Of a DNA stretch of 64,000 nucleotides, positions 10,301 to 20,548 are shown piece by piece. The stretch is from positions 4,928,001-4,992,000 of the forward strand of contig OZ271854.1 in the NCBI GenBank assembly GCA_965601925.1. Reading direction: 5' to 3'. The notes beneath the pieces are model-generated. The model was not told where the DNA came from. It ran no database searches and saw only the letters and a list, made by a program, of their open reading frames with translations. Numbering within the stretch: position 1 is the stretch's first letter; each line of letters begins with the position of its first letter. Made by a program: the position numbers and the translations under genes. This DNA is from Alkalispirochaeta sp. (GTDB lineage Bacteria; Spirochaetota; Spirochaetia; DSM-27196; Alkalispirochaetaceae).

Positions 10301-12266
10301 GATCGAGCTCGCCCCCTCTCGCGGCGCCGCCGATGACGAGATCGTACGTTTTGCGTTACCGGCGCGGGAGATCATCGGACGTTGGCGACAGGTAGATTTC
10401 GATCTCAACGACGGAACGGTACTCGTCGACGGTGTTACGGTCTCGTCGTTCGATGTACGAACCGCCCCGGAGGACGCCGATTTTCTGCGCCTCGCTACGT
10501 TACGCGTCGGCGGCCTTGCAAACGGCACACTCTATCTCGACGAGCTTCACGCAGCGGACCCTCTCACTCAGTTTGCCACCGCCGCGCGCGTAGACGCGCG
10601 CTGGACCCATCTCATCGAGGAGGGCCGGCTGACGGGGGGCACTGTCACCGTCGAGCAGAGCGTGGACGCCCAGAGCGACGGGTTCCAGTCGGCGCAAACG
10701 CTGTCCGAGAGCGGATCGGCGAGTCCGGCGACGGTATCGAATCGCGCCCTGTCCAGCCGCACGGTCGCACGCTTCCGGCGGGAAGAGCTCGCGGCGGAGG
10801 TGCAAACGTCCGTGCGCGTCCTCGACTCCGGGAGTGACGGCGCATTCGGTCACCGGCTGGCGGTTCCCGTGCTCCCCCGCTCGATCCTCACTGTCGAGGA
10901 GCGCTTTCTGCGCGACTACTCGGTCGCCTCTCCCGTCGCGGACCGCAATGTGGCGATCAGTAGCCGCGGCTCGTGGGGCTCCTATCGCCTATCGGCCGCC
11001 AACCTCGCCGACAGCCGCGAGATCGAGCAGTCGTGGGCCGCCGTCGCAACGCCGCCGACGATCGGGCCGGTGGCGATCTCGCTCGCCCTCGATCTGGCGG
11101 TACGCTCCCTCGACAGAGAGATCGCATTGGAAGACTACGCCTCCTCGTGGGTGAGAAGTACCGAACACTTCGTGCCCCTGTCGGAGTCCGGACGGCGACA
11201 GGAACGACGCGCCGACGGCTCGGTCGATCTCGACCTCCTGCGGTGGTCGACCGGCCTCTCCGGGGGATGGACCAACCGCAGCTCGATATCGAGCGACCAG
11301 GATCACCGCGTGGATCTGCATTCCGAGCTTCCGATCGAATTCGACGCTCCCGGGAGGCGCCCGTGGCGCCTTGTCCCCTCCTACCGTCGTGATTACTTCT
11401 TTCAGGAGGAATTTGCGAGCGACACGTTTGCCGGCGACGCCGACGGCTGGGCCGAGCGGATCGCATCGGAGCCGCAGGTCTTCTCGACCGTGCCGATTGT
11501 GGAGCTCTTTCAGAGGAGCGATCGCATAGGCCTTACCTCGCTACCCACGGAGGGACTCACGCGAAGATACGACACAGAGGCGCGTGTGGCCGCGAGCCGC
11601 GCCTTCGCCTCCCGCCCCCGCGATCTGTGGGTACCTTCGGACGTAGAGGCGCTCGTTCGCCGAGAGCGGTCGTGGGAGGCGGACAGTAGCGAGGAGGTTC
11701 GATTGTGGCAGATGAGCCTGACCGCCGTCGCAATCAACCTGTACGGGACGGAGGGTAGCCGTCGGCGCTTCAATTGGTATCGGAGCGACGAGTTTCGAAA
11801 CGGTGTCGTCCTCGGCCTGGAGGAGGCGATCGACGGATCATCGCCGGCGTGGTCGATTTCGCTCGAGCAACAGACGGCGATCTTCGGCCATTCGGACAAC
11901 GAGTTGGAGGTTGTCTCGCGCGCCTCGATCGGGCGTGGCGAGACCACCGCGACCGACCTCTTCTCGGAGACGACGTACGCGTGGCGCCGGAATCGATATC
12001 CCCGTATTGCCGTGTTTGATCGCATGGAGGTGGAACCGTACTACCGTCACGAAGAACGCCTGAGCGCCGAGCTATCGTTCGAGGACGCTGGGTTTGTCGG
12101 AAGCGAGGTCCTCATCGGCCATCGTACCGTCCTGGTCGTCGGTACGCAAGGCGAGCTGAGTCTCTACGGGGACATCGGATGGCTCACCGATCCGGGAGAA
12201 TACGAGAGCGGAATGCTCCACGTCATCGGTTTTCAGGCGGGAATCGAGGCCAAGCTTACCTACTGA
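7305..12266 (+). CDS. Large outer-membrane protein with SprA/Sov-like (T9SS translocon) motifs, ~1653 aa
   Basis: GTG 7305 starts a signal peptide (VWRRFITILVVLAAARSAADA); SprA-like motifs in collinear order; C-terminal amphipathic strand ending GIEAKLTY. Confidence 0.65.
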   Translation: MWRRFITILVVLAAARSAADAQEAPAPGRQPVNPFLEDEAPPALFNLESGSTDVDLYVLGSWTASSHIATGFAFHPPLEENGRRVTVPYEYPGFETVLFAQTVDLTLSLWLYERFFFEASFADESNLNTIAAGYYGREGELVRELVVGNVPLAVQQYPYQYAGSPEARSGRRPTPGTVLRLETERTYHELLVQLENSRQERVRFSGGGVVEEVRIAPESYLRERLFVLPDRGIRNLEVYLEDEEGSVLGGVGAAQRRFRALNEADGEYVADLDEGTLRLGDAVAGVGTVAVYYETSQGEVGDAANGTSALVPLDGETLAPTSGSRVDFSFSNADLYDLLTGGTGIDGPALDDYELPLADGRSALIVARPGLWSPFEAAGLYALPQEIADDEGASDSIRIALVSRGTRTPIDDEARYQPERIGDSALLLLTATGTSTGELEWRYPFAGRSPREANASIYGPLAASGIAASNVELLVSYRSDRDSLFLDGDIVPGTVVITENGRPLDGAEIDSATGEITLPPGLSENATIDVSYRVYSPGDGPGDLVLIAGNRWRAAPALSLSLASGLRWTISDQGFSEQIDQNPGQLTVSAGAEYTGKRLSVDGAIALQVSQADTTGFFRIFGGSPAQTRITPDIGTLFPASAPTDPVPAEPTLDLTEANRRYPRYRDYWETDALGGTTLAAYTASRAVDAEESGARIGPYLASSLDDDFTGTVAVLEWDDLGAGEWLGAQIRVSAGEIDLRDATSVTVWYRYVATDSTIPTGADPALTIQLGSAAEDLDGDGVLDEGRSAVDPLLDFDGAAGLRRAGQDAPIRTAALTEDGNANGLLDIETPTAIYSGTVSDPLDSTVWREVRLDLDSDDRSNLAAVRAARIILTNGSSATDDLAAGRILVGRIEIERTEAAYIVSRGGGSATVAIRDDPAGNDAADGVRSRFDLVGERFAPDEEDQRVLELDWSGATADVEAEIVIPEFAPNRYGTLRTFMWLFDDSAVVGGDDELVEIELAPSRGAADDEIVRFALPAREIIGRWRQVDFDLNDGTVLVDGVTVSSFDVRTAPEDADFLRLATLRVGGLANGTLYLDELHAADPLTQFATAARVDARWTHLIEEGRLTGGTVTVEQSVDAQSDGFQSAQTLSESGSASPATVSNRALSSRTVARFRREELAAEVQTSVRVLDSGSDGAFGHRLAVPVLPRSILTVEERFLRDYSVASPVADRNVAISSRGSWGSYRLSAANLADSREIEQSWAAVATPPTIGPVAISLALDLAVRSLDREIALEDYASSWVRSTEHFVPLSESGRRQERRADGSVDLDLLRWSTGLSGGWTNRSSISSDQDHRVDLHSELPIEFDAPGRRPWRLVPSYRRDYFFQEEFASDTFAGDADGWAERIASEPQVFSTVPIVELFQRSDRIGLTSLPTEGLTRRYDTEARVAASRAFASRPRDLWVPSDVEALVRRERSWEADSSEEVRLWQMSLTAVAINLYGTEGSRRRFNWYRSDEFRNGVVLGLEEAIDGSSPAWSISLEQQTAIFGHSDNELEVVSRASIGRGETTATDLFSETTYAWRRNRYPRIAVFDRMEVEPYYRHEERLSAELSFEDAGFVGSEVLIGHRTVLVVGTQGELSLYGDIGWLTDPGEYESGMLHVIGFQAGIEAKLTY

Positions 12267-12360
12267 CGACACGCGCGGCCGGTGCGCCGACCGACTGAAG
12301 ACTCGATATCGTTATGCCGAAGGGATATACTTTGTGAGTAGTCACAGGAAGGAGCAAACC

Positions 12361-13824
12361 ATGAAAAAATGTGTTGTTCTCCCGCTAGCAATCTCTATAA
12401 TGCTGGCGTCTCCGCTCTCCCTGGTAGCCCAAGAGGACCAATCGGAGGGGGAAATAACATCAGAAGCGCAATCCGACGCACCGGAATCGGCCGACGAAGA
12501 GCGCGGGCGACCGAGTAGCGCGTCACCCGGCGGCGACGGACCGTTCGGTTTCGGGATGGGTATCGCCTTCGGCGTCAACTCGTTCGAGGACGATCAAACC
12601 GGCGCGGTGGAAACATACCAATTCATCGGTCTTCGACCCGATTTCTCCTTTGGGCGGTTCGGTGTCGGCCTCGACCTTACGGTGAACTACCGCTTTACCG
12701 GTGGGGACGACGGCGATGAGTTCGAAATACGGGAGGAAGATTGGGAGCCCGACGACGAGACGTCGTTTCTCGAGTTGTATCTTCCGAAGTTTCGTTATAT
12801 CCGCTACGGACAAAAAGGTGACGACCTGTTCGCTCGCTTCGGAGGCTTTTCCGACTCGACGCTCGGAAACGGCTTTATCGTCGGTAACTACTCCAATGAG
12901 CTGTTCCTTCCCGAGCGACGCATCTTCGGCGGTAACTTCGATCTTGACGGACAACTGTTCGGCGTGCCCTACTTCGGATTCGAGACGCTGGTATCAAACG
13001 TTGCTGCGTGGGATCTCATGGCGGGTCGCCTCTATGTGCGTCCCCTCGCCTCCTTAGAGGCGCCGCTCTTGCCGGCCCTACAAATCGGATCGACTATCGC
13101 GGTAGACCGCGACCCCTTCTACTTCGAAGAGCGCGATCCCGCGAGTGTGTTCTACACGGAGGCCGATCCGCGCGTGGACGCTCCGGACGAGCAGATCCTC
13201 GTATGGGGACTCGACGTACGCCAGCCGATTCTCGCCACCGATCTTATCAGCCTTGCAGCGTTCTCCGACGTCGCCAACCAGGACGGCCGGTGGGGCGGTA
13301 TGGTCGGTGTCGGTGGGCGCATTTCGGGCTTTCTCCTCTACGGTGCGCAGATCCACCTTCTCGAGGACAACTTCGTCGCGTCGTTTTTCGACTCGACCTA
13401 CGATCTGAGGCGGCCCGAGCGGTACGCAATCTACGAAGAGGAGACCGAGACCGACGGCGGCGCGGCGTGGCTCGCACGTATCGGCTTCGCCTTTCTCGCC
13501 GATTCGCTCGTCTTCGACACGACGGTCAGCGGGCCCTTCGACGCCTCCTCGGGACGCTATCCCGAGCTGCGATCGAGTCTGCTGTTGGCGGAGGGCGTCG
13601 TACCGGGCTTCTCGGGTCTCAGCTTTCAAGCGAGCTACGACAAATTCAACCTGCGGGATTACGACGATTTGTGGGACGCCAAGGATTCGATCATCGGCGC
13701 ACGGTTCAACATCCGTTCCGGCCCGGTCATGATCTCCTTGTTGTATAACCTTACCTACGATCCCAACGCCGACGGCGACCCCTGGACGGTCACCTCCGGG
13801 TTGGAAAGTACGATTTCGTTCTAA
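12361..13824 (+). CDS. Predicted outer-membrane beta-barrel protein
   Basis: AAGGAG RBS, signal peptide, alternating aromatic/Gly strands, terminal Phe (GLESTISF); paralogous to the C-terminal part of the next gene. Confidence 0.65.
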   Translation: MKKCVVLPLAISIMLASPLSLVAQEDQSEGEITSEAQSDAPESADEERGRPSSASPGGDGPFGFGMGIAFGVNSFEDDQTGAVETYQFIGLRPDFSFGRFGVGLDLTVNYRFTGGDDGDEFEIREEDWEPDDETSFLELYLPKFRYIRYGQKGDDLFARFGGFSDSTLGNGFIVGNYSNELFLPERRIFGGNFDLDGQLFGVPYFGFETLVSNVAAWDLMAGRLYVRPLASLEAPLLPALQIGSTIAVDRDPFYFEERDPASVFYTEADPRVDAPDEQILVWGLDVRQPILATDLISLAAFSDVANQDGRWGGMVGVGGRISGFLLYGAQIHLLEDNFVASFFDSTYDLRRPERYAIYEEETETDGGAAWLARIGFAFLADSLVFDTTVSGPFDASSGRYPELRSSLLLAEGVVPGFSGLSFQASYDKFNLRDYDDLWDAKDSIIGARFNIRSGPVMISLLYNLTYDPNADGDPWTVTSGLESTISF

Positions 13825-13837
13825 AGGGGGCGGCACG

Positions 13838-16051
13838 ATGAAACGAATAATTGTTACGGCCGTCGCGCTGATTATGATCTCGGCGACTGCGGCTGCGCAA
13901 CAGTCGCCGATTGCGATCCTCGAGTTTTACGACGATGAGTTCGAACTGGTCATCACCGACGCCAACGGTTTCGATGTGAGCTTCTATATCGGCATGGGCC
14001 TCTCACCGGGCGACCAGGTGGTAACCGGCGACACGTCGGCGGAACTGCGTCTGGACCCGAACGGGAGTATCATTCGGATCGCCCCGGAGACGACCTTTAC
14101 CGTAGGCTCGTTTCAAGGTCGCGACAACGCGCCCGAGACGTCGTTCGCGGTGGACCGTGGACGTATGAGGATGGTCGCGGCCCGCATTACCGGACGCGAC
14201 TCGCGCTATAGCATCGTGACGCCCACGGCGGTCGCCGGGGTGCGCGGCACCGACTTCGGCGTATCGGTCGTCGGGGAGGGCGCCGGCGTTCTTCCGTCGG
14301 AGGAGCTGTTCGTCTTCGAGGGCGAGGTCGTTTTTTCGTCCTTCGTCTCCGGCGAGGAGATTTCGGTCACGGCCGGACAGTTCGCCGATGCGTTCGCCGA
14401 GACGTTTCTCCCGCAGGTGATGACCCCCGAGCAACTACAACTCCGCCGGGAGGGGCTCGATTTTCAAGCCCTCGATCCGGCCGATGTGCCCGGTGCTCCG
14501 GAACCGGTCGAAGAGGAGCCGATACAGGACGTGGAACCGGCTGTTGTCGATCCCGTTCCGTCGCCGGGAGCCGCCGAACCGGGGGCCGGTGACGAACTAT
14601 TTGGACGAATCGCTTCGTTTACGGGGCTGCAGGTGGGCTCGGTGACGATCAACGAGGAGACGTGGGCGAAAGTGGTCTTTCAACCACGTCTTTCCATCGG
14701 ACGTCTGGCACTCGAACTCTACCTTCCGATTACCTACCGAGAAAACCTGTTCGATACCGGCGACTGGTACCGCCCGGAGGACAACGACGAGTGGTCGTTC
14801 GGTACCGACCAAGACTGGTCGGAGGAGCCGGAAGAGGGGCTGCGCGACTTGGGAACCGACCTCGCGCTCAAGATTCGGTCCATCGAGTACGGAGAGCATG
14901 GGGATCGTTTCTTCTTCAAGGTTGGCAATCTTTCCAACTTCACCGTCGGGCAAGGGTTGTTGATGCGTAACTACGCCAACGACATCGACTTTCCGGCCGT
15001 GCGAAACGTCGGTTTTAACCTCGGCGCGGATTTCGGCGGTGTCGGAATCGAGGCGGTCGTCAACGACCTTACGGAGCCCGAGATTTACGGCGGGCGACTC
15101 TTTTTCCGCCCCGACGGCTCCCGGACCCCGGTCGCGGTCGGCCTCTCCGGAATCGCGGACGTCAACCCCACCGGCGAGATATCGGCTACGGGAGGTGCGG
15201 AGCTCGGAGTCGGCGTCGATGAGATATATACGGCCGCCGAGGATAGCGATCTGTACTTCCTCAATGTAGGAGCGGACATCGAGTTTACGGTGATCGATCG
15301 CGAGCGGCTCGGCATCATCGGTTTCGCCGAGATAGGAAGTATGCTTCCCTACGTGCGCGAGGGCACGACGTTATTCGGAGAGGAGATCGATTCGGGACTG
15401 CGCGACGACGCGGTGTTCGACTCGTGGGCGCTGAACAACTACGGTTGGAACACGGGCGTGCGGGGACGCGTGGCGCTCCTCGACTATCGCCTCGAGTTTC
15501 GCAGCTTCGACGGCATATTCCGACCGGGCTTCTACGGTCCGACTTATGATCGGATTCGCGGACAGCGAGCGGCGGAGGTCATTACGTATCTGTCGGACCC
15601 CGAGAACGAAGAGTTCGATGTGCTGACGATGGGCGTCGCCGGAGAGGCGGGCGCCAGTCTCTTTGAGGTGCTCTACCTTTCCGCCGGCTACTTCTGGCCG
15701 TGGGAGGTGGACGACGGATCGTGGCGCGGCAGCAATGAGGACGAGTTTCTCTTTTCGGTGACGGCGCAAGAGGGGTTGATTCCCTTCGGCATCCAGGCGG
15801 GGTTTGAATATCGTCGCACTCACTTCGCGGCTACGATCGCCGGTTGGGGAGAGTACTCCGAGGCGACGCTCTTTGACGCCAATACGACCCTCGACGCATT
15901 CGTCGCCTATCCGTTCAATGAGTTCGTGAGCCTCGTGGCACGCGTCTCCACCGCGGCGCAGAGAGACTCCGAGGGAGAGATCATCTACGACTCCGACGGA
16001 AATCCGCGTATGGCGCCGACGGTTGTCATACAAACCCAGATCGGGTTTTAG
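13838..16051 (+). CDS. FecR-domain protein fused to a predicted outer-membrane beta-barrel
   Basis: Signal peptide; GDQVVTGD..AELRL..GSIIRI..TPTAVAGVRGTDF FecR motif; Pro/Glu linker; barrel-like domain ending QTQIGF. Confidence 0.75.
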   Translation: MKRIIVTAVALIMISATAAAQQSPIAILEFYDDEFELVITDANGFDVSFYIGMGLSPGDQVVTGDTSAELRLDPNGSIIRIAPETTFTVGSFQGRDNAPETSFAVDRGRMRMVAARITGRDSRYSIVTPTAVAGVRGTDFGVSVVGEGAGVLPSEELFVFEGEVVFSSFVSGEEISVTAGQFADAFAETFLPQVMTPEQLQLRREGLDFQALDPADVPGAPEPVEEEPIQDVEPAVVDPVPSPGAAEPGAGDELFGRIASFTGLQVGSVTINEETWAKVVFQPRLSIGRLALELYLPITYRENLFDTGDWYRPEDNDEWSFGTDQDWSEEPEEGLRDLGTDLALKIRSIEYGEHGDRFFFKVGNLSNFTVGQGLLMRNYANDIDFPAVRNVGFNLGADFGGVGIEAVVNDLTEPEIYGGRLFFRPDGSRTPVAVGLSGIADVNPTGEISATGGAELGVGVDEIYTAAEDSDLYFLNVGADIEFTVIDRERLGIIGFAEIGSMLPYVREGTTLFGEEIDSGLRDDAVFDSWALNNYGWNTGVRGRVALLDYRLEFRSFDGIFRPGFYGPTYDRIRGQRAAEVITYLSDPENEEFDVLTMGVAGEAGASLFEVLYLSAGYFWPWEVDDGSWRGSNEDEFLFSVTAQEGLIPFGIQAGFEYRRTHFAATIAGWGEYSEATLFDANTTLDAFVAYPFNEFVSLVARVSTAAQRDSEGEIIYDSDGNPRMAPTVVIQTQIGF

Positions 16052-16059
16052 TATGTGAC

Positions 16060-17850
16060 ATGAACGCTTCGCACCCGGTGGCGGTCCTGCCGCCGGAAGT
16101 CTCGCGGCGTATCGCCGCGGGAGAGGTTATCGAGCGTCCCGCGTCGGTCGTCCGTGAGCTGTTGGACAACAGCCTGGACGCCGGCTCGAGGGCGATCGAT
16201 CTATTGTGGACCGCCGGCGGGCGCGAGGAGATCCGCATCGCCGACGACGGGCGCGGTATGAGCCGCGCCGACTTAGAGCTGTGCTGGCTCCCCCACGCGA
16301 CCAGCAAAATCAAAACCATAGAAGATTTGGAACGCACCGATAGTCTCGGGTTTCGCGGAGAGGCGCTGTCGAGTGTCGCCGCGGTAAGCGAGCTGGAGAT
16401 CGCGACGTCGATCGAGGGTGCCGAAACGGGCCATCGCTTGCGCGTCCGAGAGGCCGAACTCGTCTCGCTGGACGCCGCGCCGCCCGGACGGGGCACCACG
16501 GTCGTCGTACGACGACTCTTTGCCAACCTACCGGCGCGACGACGCTTCCTCGCGCGCTCACAAGCCGAGACGCATGCGATTCGCAACGTCATCATGGATA
16601 AGGCGCTCCCCTTTCCCGACGTTCGCTTCACCCATCGCTCCGATGCCGCCTCGGTACGCGTACTTCCTCCCCAGTCGTTGATAGAGCGATGTGCGGAGGT
16701 CTTCGGCGCCGCGGCTCCGCCTCAGAGTCTGAAACGGATAGAGGGCGGCGGCGACGGGTTCACGGTGACGCTCATCGCCGCCGAGCCGGCGATCGTCAGG
16801 CGCGACCGACGACTGATCCAGGTGTTCGTGAATCGGCGCCGCGTGTGGGAGTACAAACTGATCCAGGCGGTGGAATACGCGTATCGCGACGTGCAGCACG
16901 GCGGTCTGTTTCCCGTCGCGGCGGTACTCGTCGATATCGACCCGGCATTGGTCGACTTCAACATCCACCCGGCAAAACGCGAGGCTCGCTTGAGAGTCGG
17001 CGGCGAGATCCACCATCGCATCGTCGGGCTCCTCCGTTCGTTCCTACGCGCCTACGCGGTACGAGCCGTTCAGCTCGGACCCGACCTACCGTCCCTATAC
17101 GGCGATCGCGATAGGGAGGCCGCACGCGCACCGGAGGGCGTTGCCGAGCGCCCTTCGCCGAGTACCGCGGGGCGTGCGGAGACCGTGCCGCAACGGCCCG
17201 CCCACGGATCGGTACGGCACTCCGTCGCGGCGCGGGCGATACACGGTAAGACCCCGACAACCGGCACGCGTGCACCGGCCTTCGATTCCGCCACCCGTGC
17301 GGTGCCCGACGATGAGGATCTGGTATACCGGGGGACACTCTTCGGTACGTTCATCATCGTGGAACGACGGGATCGGGCGTGGATTATCGACCAGCACGCG
17401 GCCCACGAGCGCATCCTCTACGACCGCTTTGCCGCCGACAGGACGTCCCAACCCCTACTGGTACCCGCGGAGTTCGAGACGAGTGAGGATCAGGACCGGC
17501 TGCTCTCCCGTCACGCAGACGAATATCGCGAGATCGGTATGGTGCTCGAGCGCGTCGCCGATTCGCGATGGCGTCTTTCGGCGGCGCCGACCGAGTACCG
17601 CGCCAATGTCGAGGACCTCATCGATACGATCTTGGAACTGGGCGGCCTCAATGAGGCGCTCGACCGAACCTTCATCGCCGAGATGGCGTGCAAAGCCGCG
17701 CTCAAAGCGGGCGACTATCTCGACGATATGACCGCCGTCGAGCTTGCTCGCCGGACGCTTGCGCTCCCCGAGCCGCGCTGCCCTCACGGTCGTCCGCTGT
17801 GGATCGAACTGACCCGCGCGGACCTCGAAAAACTGATCGGACGGCGATAA
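16060..17850 (+). CDS. mutL: DNA mismatch repair endonuclease MutL
   Basis: IAAGEVIERPASVVRELLDNSLDAG, HATSKI, GFRGEAL, DQHAAHER, ACK, CPHGRP. Confidence 0.97.
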   Translation: MNASHPVAVLPPEVSRRIAAGEVIERPASVVRELLDNSLDAGSRAIDLLWTAGGREEIRIADDGRGMSRADLELCWLPHATSKIKTIEDLERTDSLGFRGEALSSVAAVSELEIATSIEGAETGHRLRVREAELVSLDAAPPGRGTTVVVRRLFANLPARRRFLARSQAETHAIRNVIMDKALPFPDVRFTHRSDAASVRVLPPQSLIERCAEVFGAAAPPQSLKRIEGGGDGFTVTLIAAEPAIVRRDRRLIQVFVNRRRVWEYKLIQAVEYAYRDVQHGGLFPVAAVLVDIDPALVDFNIHPAKREARLRVGGEIHHRIVGLLRSFLRAYAVRAVQLGPDLPSLYGDRDREAARAPEGVAERPSPSTAGRAETVPQRPAHGSVRHSVAARAIHGKTPTTGTRAPAFDSATRAVPDDEDLVYRGTLFGTFIIVERRDRAWIIDQHAAHERILYDRFAADRTSQPLLVPAEFETSEDQDRLLSRHADEYREIGMVLERVADSRWRLSAAPTEYRANVEDLIDTILELGGLNEALDRTFIAEMACKAALKAGDYLDDMTAVELARRTLALPEPRCPHGRPLWIELTRADLEKLIGRR

Positions 17851-17880
17851 AAAAAAGCCACCGACGTGACGTCGGTGGCT
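17849..17880 (-). terminator. Intrinsic terminator for glpK, between convergent mutL and glpK
   Basis: agccaccgacg-tga-cgtcggtggct 11-bp stem with an A-tract on the left (U-tract on the minus strand). Confidence 0.8.
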
Positions 17881-17904
17881 CCCAATCCAAACGGACGGTG
17901 AAGT

Positions 17905-19410
<1,506 letters not shown>

Positions 19411-19516
19411 TTAACCTCCGTCTTTTGATTTCCAACCAACGTTGTGTAAAAAGGGGTCGCCTCGAAGACGCGCGCTCGGTCGCGCCTCGAAACGTCCCCT
19501 TATGATCCTAACCCGA

Positions 19517-20260
19517 TTACGTGAGACCCGCTACGAAAACCCACAAGAGGCAGCCGAGAATACCGCCGACGATGGGGCCGATAATCGGAACGGTGAGGCC
19601 GTAGCCCCAGTCGTTGTCGCCCTTGCCCTTGATGGGCAGGATCGCGTGGGCGATACGAGGTCCGAGGTCGCGGGCGGGATTGATCGCGTAGCCGGTCGGT
19701 CCACCGAGAGAGAGACCGATCGAGAAGATCAGAAAACCGACGACGAACGGATTCATAGCGCCGGTTCCGGCGTTGAGCCCGAAGGTGTGGCCGATACCGA
19801 GGATACCGAAGAGAAGCATCGCCGTACCGATGATCTCGGTCACGAGGTTCCAACCGGTGTTGCGTACCGCCGGGCCGGTAGAGAAGGTCGCCAGCTTGAG
19901 CGCCGCATCGTCGGTCTCGTCGAAGTGCTGCTTGTAGCTGAGATACACGAGTACCGCACCGAGGAAGGCGCCGATGAGCTGCGCCACGATGTAACCGGGG
20001 ACGAGCGCCCACGGGAAGGCGCCGATGACCGCGAGGCCGATCGTTACCGCGGGGTTGATGTGAGCGCCGGAGACCCAGCCGGTTACATATACGGCGAATG
20101 CGACCGCGAGTCCCCATCCGGTAGCGATGACGATCCAGCCGCTCGAGTTACCCTTTGTCTTGCCGAGAACCACGTTCGCAACGACGCCGTCACCGAGTAG
20201 GATCAGGATCATCGTTCCCACGACTTCCGCGAGATACATTGCCATCGGGGAAAAATTCAT
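19517..20260 (-). CDS. glpF: Glycerol uptake facilitator (MIP/aquaglyceroporin)
   Basis: SGAHINPAVT and GYAINPARDLGPR NPA motifs; GGAGG RBS before ATG 20260. Confidence 0.95.
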   Translation of the reverse strand: MNFSPMAMYLAEVVGTMILILLGDGVVANVVLGKTKGNSSGWIVIATGWGLAVAFAVYVTGWVSGAHINPAVTIGLAVIGAFPWALVPGYIVAQLIGAFLGAVLVYLSYKQHFDETDDAALKLATFSTGPAVRNTGWNLVTEIIGTAMLLFGILGIGHTFGLNAGTGAMNPFVVGFLIFSIGLSLGGPTGYAINPARDLGPRIAHAILPIKGKGDNDWGYGLTVPIIGPIVGGILGCLLWVFVAGLT

Positions 20261-20338
20261 GCGCGCCTCCAAACTAAATTAGGATTTTTTGTTACGGTGT
20301 TACATCGTCTCGTGACATTTGTAACCCCGGCTGAAAAA

Positions 20339-20515
20339 ATGCTACACCCACTGTGAACGTACGTCAACAAAAACTTTCTTTTCTTTGGCCGAATATTCTC
20401 ATTCGGTCTTAATACATTATAACATAAGACATTACGTCGCCGCCGCCACCTTTCTCAGAGGATGATGAAACTTTGTAACTTCTTCGTTGACATACGTTCA
20501 TTCATGGTCTACCCT
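20339..20515. promoter_or_regulatory. Divergent sigma70-type promoters sharing a 15-nt candidate operator
   Basis: Minus: TTGACG-17-TAGCAT (20367-20339); plus: TTGACA-17-TACCCT (20487-20515); both contain GTTGACRTACGTTCA. Confidence 0.7.
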
Positions 20516-20548
20516 GAATTCTGATACCAATAATTCCCAATATTCGAG

